A stretch of 32,000 nt of DNA from Vibrio cholerae ATCC 14035 (GTDB taxonomy: Bacteria > Pseudomonadota > Gammaproteobacteria > Enterobacterales > Vibrionaceae), in assembly GCF_000621645.1 (NCBI RefSeq), contig NZ_JHXR01000015.1, forward strand, positions 1 to 32,000, given 5' to 3'. This document shows positions 15,601 through 24,888 of the stretch, piece after piece (within the stretch, counting starts at the first letter, position 1; every line of letters starts with the position of its first letter). A model generated the notes under the pieces. That model saw only the letters and a list, made by a program, of their open reading frames with translations. It was not told the DNA's origin and did no database searches. The position numbers and the translations under genes are program-made.

Positions 15601-17499
15601 TTGGAATCGGTCGCGTGCTTCACGCAGATCCACCTGCTTATCACTCTTATGTAGCATAGAGAAATCAAGGATCCAGTACACTTGGCCATTGGCTTTCACT
15701 ACTTCATAAGGCGATTCACCAATCACGCGTAAGCCGAGGTTTTCTAGCATCGGCATAACGTCTGATAGATGGATGGGTTCGTCTTTGTGATACAGCTTTA
15801 AGCGCACCGCTTTGGAGTCTTTGGCTGTCTCTTGTAAACGGTAGAACAGCATGCCCAGTTTATTATGCTCATCTAACGCTTCGAGGTGCTCGATATCTGC
15901 CAGTGCAGAGCCCGGCATCACATCTTCTTTGTAAGAACGTGGGAAGGCACGTTGATACTCTTTTGACAGCGGTAATCCACGACTTTCACCGAAATTGGCG
16001 ACAATGGCTTCTGCGAGACGATCATCCCACGAGGTTGAGGCTTCCATTAAATTCTGCTCTATCTTTTTCACATCTACGTTGATGTTGTTATTGTCGACAC
16101 GCACAATGTAGTGAGTTCTCGCCAGTGGGCTTTCTGAGAAATAGGTTGTAAATTCAACATCTTGCTCACAGCCAAAATACTGTTTGAACACTTGTTGTGT
16201 CTTACGGCGCAGCTCAGTGTTGTAACGCTCTTTGGTCACATACACCATGCAACTGAAGAAACGTCCGAATGGGTCTTTACGTACAAACAGGCGCAGTAAA
16301 TCACGATCTTGCATCTGTACAACGCCCATGCCTACTTCAAGCAGCTCTTCTTCACGGGCTTGTAACAACTCATCGCGTGGGTAGTTTTCAAGAATATTGT
16401 GCAGGGCTTTGTAGGCATAAGAGCCTTGGCGGTAGCCGCTGGCCGCAAGAATGCGCCCTACTTTTTCGCGGATCAGCGGGATGCCTTCAACACTTTGGTT
16501 GTACACAGCGGAAGTGTATAAGCCAGTAAAGCGATGCTCACCGATCACCTTGCCTTTCGCGTCAAACTTTTTGATCCCGATATAGTCGGTATAAGCAGGA
16601 CGATGGATACGCGATTGCTTATTGCCTTTCGTTAAGATCAACAGGAAAGGCTTTTTGGCTTCGAGTCTGGCTGAATCTGGGAATTGAGAGAGTTTTACGC
16701 TACGTACTCGCTCGTTGTCAGAGAATAAGCCAAGTCCGGTGTCTTTGGTTGGCGTCAATTCGGTATCGCCATTTTTCTCTACCAAATCGAACTCTTTGTA
16801 ACCCATAAAGGTGAAGTTATGGTTACCTAGCCAGCGTAAAAACTGAATAGTTTCTTGTAGGCGTTCGGCTTCTACAGGGATCTGTTTTTTATCCGCTTCC
16901 AGCTAATTGATCACTTGTTCAAGCTTGGTCGCCATCGGTTTCCAATCTTTCACAACCAGAGCGGTGTCATGCAGGATATCCAGCAATTCGTTTTTCAGCT
17001 CTGTCATCTCTTCCTTGCTGCTTAGGCGATCGACTTCAATGTGGAACATTGAGGTCAGTTGCCCTTCTCCTTGATTAATGCTTTTGATCGAGCCATCGTC
17101 GTGACGTGCAATATGAGCAGGTCCGTTGAGCATTAAGTGCGATGCCAATCCTAGGCGGCTTAATGCCATTTTGATTGAATCAACCAGAAAGGGACTATCT
17201 GGTAGAACAATCTCAACAATGGTGTGGGTCGATTGCCAACCTTGGCGACTTACCGTTGGGTTAAATACTCGTACTGAGCGTTCATCGGCTTTTTTCTCAT
17301 TGATGTGGTGCCATAAACTGAGCACTGCACCATAAAGATCCGATTCGTTACGCTCCACTAGGTCGTCTTGTGAAATGTTACTGAACAGGTGTTGTCCAAG
17401 TTGAGTCACTAAGGGTTGTTGAGCAAGCTCTAGTTTGTCTTGAATCAGTTGATAAACTTTTTCAAGCAAAACTGGCATCAAAGTTTCACGCGCAGTCAT
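12658..17499 (-). pseudogene. gdhB: Large NAD-specific glutamate dehydrogenase (about 180 kDa GdhB family), interrupted by one in-frame TAG at 16903-16905
   Basis: ORFs 16903..17499 and 12658..16806 are in the same frame. Translating across the gap gives ...KLEQVIN*LEADKKQIPVEAERLQETIQFLRWLGNHNFTFMGYKEF... with no other stop or frameshift. The total is 1613 sense positions. Confidence 0.85.
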
Positions 17500-17579
17500 G
17501 GTCGACTCCAGAATTTGATTCTTATTTTTGTAGGGGGTGTGCAGTAAGCATAGCGCTTACTGATGGTAATGCAGGGCGT

Positions 17580-17585
17580 ATTGTA
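17580..17585 (-). promoter_or_regulatory. Putative -10 element of the NAD-GDH promoter
   Basis: TACAAT on the minus strand sits in a very AT-rich context about 80 nt upstream of the ATG. The leader contains the hairpin CAGTAAGC/GCTTACTG at 17542-17562. Confidence 0.3.
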
Positions 17586-17687
17586 AGAGTTTTATTTATA
17601 AATAGTTAATTGTTTTGGGGTTGTTATGGGGTAAAAGTGTGAGATTGTGACTAAAGTACCTATTTAAACCACTACAAAATAATGCTT

Positions 17688-17906
17688 TTACAGAACTTCT
17701 AACTTAACGAAACGATTATTTTGGTCAGTTGTTAATCGAAATCGACCTTTTACTCCAATTTGGCTTAAAAATGGACGCAAACGTGTTGCAGGGAGTTGTA
17801 AACGCAAACCTTGCTCGGTGGTGACCATGACATGACTTGCTACGCCCGAGTAATGCGTAACAAAGGTTTGATAAGAAATGTTTAGCGAGAAAAAATAATA
17901 GTTCAT
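17688..17906 (-). CDS. DUF2835-like small protein, 72 aa
   Basis: ORF MNYYFFSLNISYQTF...RLRPFLSQIGVKGRFRL. The family name is recalled. ATG 17906 directly abuts the pepN terminator tail and has no clear SD sequence. Confidence 0.55.
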   Translation of the reverse strand: MNYYFFSLNISYQTFVTHYSGVASHVMVTTEQGLRLQLPATRLRPFLSQIGVKGRFRLTTDQNNRFVKLEVL

Positions 17907-17935
17907 TGGAAAATAAGGTGGCACAGAGTGCCACC
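17907..17935 (-). terminator. Rho-independent terminator of pepN
   Basis: GGTGGCAC-3 nt-GTGCCACC (17917-17935) is followed on the minus strand by TTATTTTCC. Confidence 0.7.
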
Positions 17936-17957
17936 GAGTTTACCTGTTGAGTTTGGT

Positions 17958-20564
17958 TTATGCTTCCAGCGCTTTGCTGACTTTTTCAAACAGATCACGC
18001 GCGAGGTTATCCATCGCTTTTAATTGCTCCAGCTCTTGTTTAATCAGTGCTTGGCGCTGTTCATCGTAGAGTCGGAATTTAAGTAATGGATCAATCAAAC
18101 GTGAAGCCACTTGTGGGTTACTACTGTTAAGTTCACGCAGAATGTGTCCAGCAAAGCGATAGCCTTCCCCTGTTTTCGCGTGGAAATTGACTGGATTGGC
18201 ATTTAAAAATGCTCCAATCAGACTGCGAGTACGGTTCGGGTTTTTCAAGCTAAACGCTTCATGTTGCATGGCTTGCTGGATCACATCCAATACTTGTGGT
18301 GATGGATTGGAGCCTTGCAGCGTGAACCACTTATCCATTACCAAGCCATCGTGTTTCCACTTCTCGCTGTAGTCTTGCATCAAGCTTTCACGGCACGCCA
18401 ACTGCGCTTGGTTAGCCGCCGTCATGGCCGCAATGGTGTCGGTCATGTTGTTCGCTTGAGCGTACTGTTTTTGTACCAACGCGTTACCTTGAGCAGTGTA
18501 GGCAAGATAGCTCAAACACACGTTGCGCAGTGTACGTTTGCCAATCGCCGCATGTTCAATCGAGTAAGTGTCTTGTTTTAACGTATGGTAGGTTGCACTG
18601 AGCTCATCTTCTAGCTCGGTCGCCAAAATGGTTTTGAGTGAGGTGAGCACCTGGGCAATCGCATCAACATCCACACGCTTATACCAGCCGGACACTTCGT
18701 TATGGCTTGGTAACGAGAGCATTTCGGCCACAAATTCAGCGTCGAGGTTGTCACTGAGTAACACGCCGCGGAATGCGTCAATCACCGACTCTGCCAATTC
18801 GACAGGTTGACCTTGTTGGACTCGTTCTACGTTGGTGCGAATGTATTTAGCAAGCAACATCTGCCCTGCATCCCAACGTGCAAATTCGTTACGAGCATGC
18901 ACCATCAGGAAAATCAGCTCTTCATCACTGTAGGCGTATTCCAATTTCACAGGCGCAGAAAACTCACGCAGCAGTGACGGAATTGGCGGCTGTTTGACCT
19001 GCTCAAAGCGGAAGGTTTGCTTAGCTTGTTTCACATCCAACACGTTAGAAACAGGCTTCCCGTTACACTGTAGCGCAATCACATCGCCGTTTGGTGCATA
19101 CAGTTCAATATCCAGCGGGATATGCAGTGGTTGTTTTTCTTTCTGATCGTGAGTGGGCTCGGTATGTTGTTCTACGGTTAACTCATAAGTTTGGCTTGCG
19201 GCATGGTAAGTACTGCTGACTTTAAGTGTAGGAGTACCGGATTGGCTATACCATAAACGGAACTGTTGTAAGTCGATGCCAGAAGCTTCTTCCATGGCTG
19301 CCACGAAATCTTCGCAAGTGGCTGCGGTGCCATCATGACGTTTAAAGTACAGCTTCATGCCACGTTGGAATTTTTCTTCACCTAGCAAGGTGTGCATCAT
19401 TCGAATCACTTCGCTGCCCTTTTCATAAACGGTCAGGGTATAGAAGTTATTCATTTCAATCACTTTATCCGGACGGATTGGGTGCGACATTGGGCTAGCA
19501 TCTTCAGCAAATTGCGGGCCTCGAATGATGCGCACATTTCCAATTCGATTAACGGCTCGTGAGCCTAAGTCTGAAGAGAACTCTTGATCGCGGAATACGG
19601 TTAAGCCCTCTTTCAAGCTTAATTGGAACCAATCACGGCATGTCACACGGTTACCCGTCCAGTTATGGAAGTATTCGTGACCAATCACGGCTTCAATCCC
19701 GAGATAATCGGTGTCGGTGGCGGTTTTCTCATTGGCTAGCACAAACTTGGAGTTAAAGATATTCAACCCTTTGTTTTCCATAGCGCCCATATTGAAGAAA
19801 TCCACCGCCACGATCATGTAAATGTCGAGGTCATATTCAAGGCCAAAACGTTGCTCATCCCAACGCATAGAGTTGATGAGTGACGTCATGGCATGACCTG
19901 CGCGATCCAAATTGCCTTTATCGACAAAAATTTCTAGCGCAACTTGGCGGCCCGATTGTGTGACGTACTGATCGCGCAGCACATCAAAATCCCCAGCCAC
20001 CAAAGCAAACAGATACGCAGGTTTGGGATGAGGATCTTGCCATTTCACCCAATGACGCCCCGCTTCCTGCTCGCCTTGTGCAATCTTGTTACCATTGCTC
20101 AGTAAGTAAGGATATTGTGCTTTATCGGCAATAACCGTTGTGGTGTAACGCGCCAGAACATCTGGACGATCCAAATAATAAGTAATGCGGCGAAAGCCTT
20201 CGGCTTCACACTGGGTACAAAATGCACCACCTGATTTGTAAAGACCTTCTAAAGCGGTGTTGGCTTGCGGATTGATTTTTGTCACGACGGTGAGAGTAAA
20301 CTCACTCGGCAAACCACGAATTTCAAGGGAAGCTTCACCTACGCTGTAGTCCTGCCAATCCTGGCCATCGACTTTGAGCGCTTTCAGTTCAAGCGTTTCA
20401 CCATCAAGAATTAAGGTATTGCTCTCCTGCTGCTGTTTTACTTGAGAGACAGCGGTGACCAGAGTCGCATCATCGTATAGATCAAACACCAAATCGATAT
20501 CGGTGATGGTGTGTGACGGCGGTTGGTAATCAAGGCGGTATTTGGCTTGAGGTGTGTGAGCCAT
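17958..20564 (-). CDS. pepN: Aminopeptidase N
   Basis: 868 aa from the ATG at 20564, with AAGGA upstream. It has the M1 zinc motif HEYFHNWTGNRVT...LKEGLT and the GAMEN motif. Confidence 0.95.
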   Translation of the reverse strand: MAHTPQAKYRLDYQPPSHTITDIDLVFDLYDDATLVTAVSQVKQQQESNTLILDGETLELKALKVDGQDWQDYSVGEASLEIRGLPSEFTLTVVTKINPQANTALEGLYKSGGAFCTQCEAEGFRRITYYLDRPDVLARYTTTVIADKAQYPYLLSNGNKIAQGEQEAGRHWVKWQDPHPKPAYLFALVAGDFDVLRDQYVTQSGRQVALEIFVDKGNLDRAGHAMTSLINSMRWDEQRFGLEYDLDIYMIVAVDFFNMGAMENKGLNIFNSKFVLANEKTATDTDYLGIEAVIGHEYFHNWTGNRVTCRDWFQLSLKEGLTVFRDQEFSSDLGSRAVNRIGNVRIIRGPQFAEDASPMSHPIRPDKVIEMNNFYTLTVYEKGSEVIRMMHTLLGEEKFQRGMKLYFKRHDGTAATCEDFVAAMEEASGIDLQQFRLWYSQSGTPTLKVSSTYHAASQTYELTVEQHTEPTHDQKEKQPLHIPLDIELYAPNGDVIALQCNGKPVSNVLDVKQAKQTFRFEQVKQPPIPSLLREFSAPVKLEYAYSDEELIFLMVHARNEFARWDAGQMLLAKYIRTNVERVQQGQPVELAESVIDAFRGVLLSDNLDAEFVAEMLSLPSHNEVSGWYKRVDVDAIAQVLTSLKTILATELEDELSATYHTLKQDTYSIEHAAIGKRTLRNVCLSYLAYTAQGNALVQKQYAQANNMTDTIAAMTAANQAQLACRESLMQDYSEKWKHDGLVMDKWFTLQGSNPSPQVLDVIQQAMQHEAFSLKNPNRTRSLIGAFLNANPVNFHAKTGEGYRFAGHILRELNSSNPQVASRLIDPLLKFRLYDEQRQALIKQELEQLKAMDNLARDLFEKVSKALEA

Positions 20565-20672
20565 TGTCGTAATCCTTTTGACTTTATGTTCTGTGACGTT
20601 AATGAATACAGGAAGAAAAGCGTTATTGAAGCAAGATCTTAGGCCGCAGTGAATGAATAACAAGCCCTGAAC

Positions 20673-20707
20673 GCAAAAAAACAGGGAGTTTATCTGTAAA
20701 CTCCCTG
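20673..20707 (-). terminator. Rho-independent terminator of the 20763-21434 gene
   Basis: On the minus strand, CAGGGAGTTTA-4 nt-TAAACTCCCTG is followed by T7. Confidence 0.8.
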
Positions 20708-20762
20708 CCACTTTTGCTTTTTGGCCGCCCATTATCAAAACAGGTGGCATACCGCATGAGTG

Positions 20763-21434
20763 TTATTGCACGCGGTTCATGACGACCGTCATGCTGTCAT
20801 CAATTTCCAAGGTGAGTCTATCTTGATCGAGCACATAACGGGTATCGTGCTCACCTTCCGAATAGAGCAAAACCAAGCGATTTCCTTCAGTGTAATAGAC
20901 GCCGCGATGGGTGGCCTCGTTACCATCTTGATTAGTGATGTGGAAAGAGAAGATAAAATCTGGCTGTAAGGTTAATTGGATCAGGCTTTGGTCAAGGCTT
21001 TCGCCATCAAGATCTTTGATATGTGCACTGCTCCAGCTACCGGCCAAAGTATTGGGTAAACCTTTAGTGAAGGTTACACCATTCAATGTCAGCAAATGAT
21101 GGTTATTTTCATACTGGTAAGTTTGGGGATCTGAACTATCTAGGCCGAGAATAAGGGTTTTCTCATCTGCAGAATAAGCGCCATTCCAGTGGTCAACACT
21201 GAAATCTTTCTTTTGGATATCAATCGAGAAATGGTAGTCCGAAGCCAAACTGAGCTTAATGACTCGAAAGTTTTCGCTAGATTGCTCTGGGTTGGGATTA
21301 AGCAAATACCAGTCGCCGAGCAATAAAGGTTGATCAAATTGAGTTAAGTCGGCACGGCTAAGATTATTTGCACTGAGAAACGGTGATGAGGCGGTAAAAA
21401 GTAAGCTCATCACGCAAGTAAATATCCATTTCAT
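20763..21434 (-). CDS. Secreted hypothetical protein with two tandem lipocalin-like repeats
   Basis: ATG 21434 has GAGGAGAA upstream. Signal peptide is MKWIFTCVMSLLFTASSPFLSA. The two halves share the pattern G.W...L.L..D..F.......G.Y......L.L......Y......L.L. Confidence 0.65.
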   Translation of the reverse strand: MKWIFTCVMSLLFTASSPFLSANNLSRADLTQFDQPLLLGDWYLLNPNPEQSSENFRVIKLSLASDYHFSIDIQKKDFSVDHWNGAYSADEKTLILGLDSSDPQTYQYENNHHLLTLNGVTFTKGLPNTLAGSWSSAHIKDLDGESLDQSLIQLTLQPDFIFSFHITNQDGNEATHRGVYYTEGNRLVLLYSEGEHDTRYVLDQDRLTLEIDDSMTVVMNRVQ

Positions 21435-21532
21435 GGCACTTCTCCTCACATTTTTTGTAAGCGTAGGCATTGAGTGCATGAAATGCGAAATTATTTGATG
21501 TTCATCACATTAATTTTACGAATTAAAAAAGT

Positions 21533-21558
21533 GTAAAAAAACGGACCATAAGGTCCGT
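21533..21558 (-). terminator. Rho-independent terminator of prc
   Basis: ACGGACC-4 nt-GGTCCGT is followed by T6 on the minus strand. The plus strand has TTTT. Confidence 0.75.
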
Positions 21559-21587
21559 TTTGATTAAAGATAAAGTAAATCAATGAA

Positions 21588-23585
21588 TTATCGCGATATC
21601 ATGTCAAGCATAATGTTAACCGATTCATCGAGATAAGCATCCGGTGCTTCATAATCTTTCGGTATATCTTGCAAGCTCGCATAGGTCGATTTACCTAACG
21701 CTTTTTGGCGTTGATTGATGCGAGCTAAGCGCTCTTCATCAGCCTTAGCACTCTCTTCTTTGCGTACTTTTTCATTCAGCGAAAGTAGGTTGTCATCTTT
21801 CTCTGCACGGTATTTCGCAATATCTTGCTCGATAAAACCAAATTCTAAATCATTCGCGACACGTTGTTGGTGTTTAGCTTCCAAGCTAGCAATGATGGTG
21901 TTGAAGTTATTCAAACGCTCATATTTTGCTTCATCAATGCTGTCCCACGGTAGTGCGTTATCTTCAACACTTTCCCCTGTTTCGGAAGGGTCAATCGCGG
22001 TGGGATACGCGATATCAGGGACGACACCTTTGTTTTGGGTACTACCACCATCAATACGGTAAAATTTTTGAATCGTGTATTGTACGTAGCCAAGCTCTTT
22101 ATCAAACAAATCATAGATATGATTGAGAGAGCGATGCTGCTGTACGGTACCTTTACCAAATGAGTTCTCACCGAGAATGATCGCGCGGCCGTAGTCTTGC
22201 ATTGCGGCAGCAAAGATTTCTGAAGCCGATGCACTGTAGCGGTTAATCAGCACGGTCATTGGTCCGCTATAGCTAATGCTACCATCGGTATCCGAGTTAA
22301 CGTTGACTCGACCATAGCTATCACGCACCTGAACTACAGGGCCACTGGTAATGAACAAACCAGAAAGCGCGGTAGCTTCGGTTAATGCACCACCACCGTT
22401 ATTGCGTAAATCAACAATAATGCCGTCGACTTTTTTCGCTTTTAGCTCCGCCAGTAGTTTTTCCGTGTCTTGAGCTAAGCCAACGTAGAAACTCGGTACT
22501 TCTAGTACACCAATTTTCTTCCCTGCTTTTTCAATCACTTCAGATTTTACGGCGCGATCTTCTAAGCGAATTTTATCTCGCACAATAGTGACAACGTGAC
22601 TTTTTGCGTCTTTGCCTTCAGGTAACACGAGCAGTTTCACCTTGCTACCTTTAGGTCCTTTAATCAGTTGAACGACATCGTCTAATCGCCAACCGACTAC
22701 ATCAACCACATCTTCGCCTTCTTGACCGACGCCGATAATGCGGTCACCCTCACCCAATTGTTTGCTCAATGCTGCAGGACCACCTGCAACCAATGAGCGG
22801 ATGATGGTGTAATCGTCGGTCATTTGTAACACGGCACCAATTCCTTCCAACGAGAGATTCATTTCAGATTGGAATTGTTCTGCGTTACGCGGTGACAAAT
22901 AGCTGGTATGCGGATCAACTTCACGAGCAAACGCATTCATATAAGTTTGAAATACGTCTTCACTTTTTGTCTGTGTGAGGCGCTTGATGGCATTGTTGTA
23001 GCGTTTATCGAGCGTTTCTTTGATTTCTGGCCACTCTTTACCTGCCAGTTTCAAGCTTAACGCATCGTATTTAACTCGTTGTCTCCACAGCTCGTTAATC
23101 TCTTTAAGATCTTTTGGCCAAGGCGATTTCGTGCGATCAAGCTCAATAGACTCATCAGCATCAAACGTCATCTCTTGATCAAGCAGAGAAAGTGCGTATT
23201 GAAAGCGCTCAAAACGTTTTTCCATTGACAGGTTATACAGATCGTAAGCGATTTGATTGTCACCTGCTTTTAATTGGTCATCCAATTGCAAAGACCAAGC
23301 TTTGAAGCTGTCTATGTCCGCTTGAGTAAAGATATTTCGACTGTAATCTAGCATCTCAAGGTAGCGTTCAAACATGGCTTGAGAAAACTGGTCGTCTAAA
23401 TTGAATTGTTTGTAATGAGAACGGGTAAAACGTGAGGTAACACGTTTCGCTGCCGTTGCGTGTTGAGCTTCAGGAACAAGAAGAGGGAGATCTTCTGGTT
23501 TGAGTTTGGCTTCTAGAGCCTGAGCTGAAAAGGCTGCCAGCCATAGGCTAGCAGCAATCAGAGATATTTTTGAACGGCATTTCAT
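21588..23585 (-). CDS. prc: Tail-specific (C-terminal processing) protease Prc
   Basis: 665 aa with a signal peptide. The N-terminal region QHATAAKRVTSRFTRSHYKQF is collinear with E. coli Prc. S41 motifs are present, and it lies downstream of proQ as in E. coli. Confidence 0.94.
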   Translation of the reverse strand: MKCRSKISLIAASLWLAAFSAQALEAKLKPEDLPLLVPEAQHATAAKRVTSRFTRSHYKQFNLDDQFSQAMFERYLEMLDYSRNIFTQADIDSFKAWSLQLDDQLKAGDNQIAYDLYNLSMEKRFERFQYALSLLDQEMTFDADESIELDRTKSPWPKDLKEINELWRQRVKYDALSLKLAGKEWPEIKETLDKRYNNAIKRLTQTKSEDVFQTYMNAFAREVDPHTSYLSPRNAEQFQSEMNLSLEGIGAVLQMTDDYTIIRSLVAGGPAALSKQLGEGDRIIGVGQEGEDVVDVVGWRLDDVVQLIKGPKGSKVKLLVLPEGKDAKSHVVTIVRDKIRLEDRAVKSEVIEKAGKKIGVLEVPSFYVGLAQDTEKLLAELKAKKVDGIIVDLRNNGGGALTEATALSGLFITSGPVVQVRDSYGRVNVNSDTDGSISYSGPMTVLINRYSASASEIFAAAMQDYGRAIILGENSFGKGTVQQHRSLNHIYDLFDKELGYVQYTIQKFYRIDGGSTQNKGVVPDIAYPTAIDPSETGESVEDNALPWDSIDEAKYERLNNFNTIIASLEAKHQQRVANDLEFGFIEQDIAKYRAEKDDNLLSLNEKVRKEESAKADEERLARINQRQKALGKSTYASLQDIPKDYEAPDAYLDESVNIMLDMISR

Positions 23586-23602
23586 GCGTAGGAGTATCTC
23601 CT

Positions 23603-24241
<639 letters not shown>

Positions 24242-24286
24242 TTATTGCGGCTGCCCGCCAAACATTGATGTGTAAATATGTGCGGT

Positions 24287-24292
24287 ATTATA
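24287..24292 (-). promoter_or_regulatory. Putative -10 element of the proQ-prc promoter
   Basis: A perfect TATAAT on the minus strand lies about 55 nt upstream of the proQ ATG. The -35 is weak. Confidence 0.3.
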
Positions 24293-24329
24293 AAGACCTG
24301 CAAAGGAAAAACCACAGGCAAAGGGCAAT

Positions 24330-24803
24330 TTATGCCTTATTAGCCTGTGAATTGAGCAGCTTTTCTACTTCGCTCATCAAATAGGTTAGGCCTTGCTCGT
24401 CAATTTCACTGAAACGACCAATGTTTGGACTGTCAATGTCCAACACTCCGGCGACTTTTCCGTTAATCGAGAATGGGATAACGATTTCTGAGTTACTCGC
24501 GGCATCACAAGCAATATGACCTTCGAATTGATGAACGTCGTACACACGTTGAACCTTATTTTCTGCAACTGCAGTACCACAAACTCCCCTGCCTACGGGA
24601 ATGCGCACGCAAGCGGGTTTGCCCTGAAATGGGCCCAATACCAACTCGTTCTCTTGCATTAAATAAAAACCCACCCAGTTGAGCTCGGTGAGTTCCATAT
24701 TCAGTAACGCACTTAAGTTGGCAAGGTTTGCGATGAGATTGGTTTCACCTTCTAATAAAGCGACCGCTTGCTTGGTGAGGCGTTGGTACTGTTCTAGGTT
24801 CAT
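24330..24803 (-). CDS. msrC: GAF-domain free methionine-(R)-sulfoxide reductase
   Basis: 157 aa from the ATG at 24803. NWVGFYL...LVLGPFQGKPACVRIPVGRGVCGTA...HIACDAASNSEIV is near-identical in pattern to E. coli YebR/MsrC. Confidence 0.88.
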   Translation of the reverse strand: MNLEQYQRLTKQAVALLEGETNLIANLANLSALLNMELTELNWVGFYLMQENELVLGPFQGKPACVRIPVGRGVCGTAVAENKVQRVYDVHQFEGHIACDAASNSEIVIPFSINGKVAGVLDIDSPNIGRFSEIDEQGLTYLMSEVEKLLNSQANKA

Positions 24804-24888
24804 AATAACTTCCATTTGAAAAATAAAGACTTCACTTCGCGAACTACGTACAATGCGCATCACTAAAATAGGATGCATTCTCATTAAT

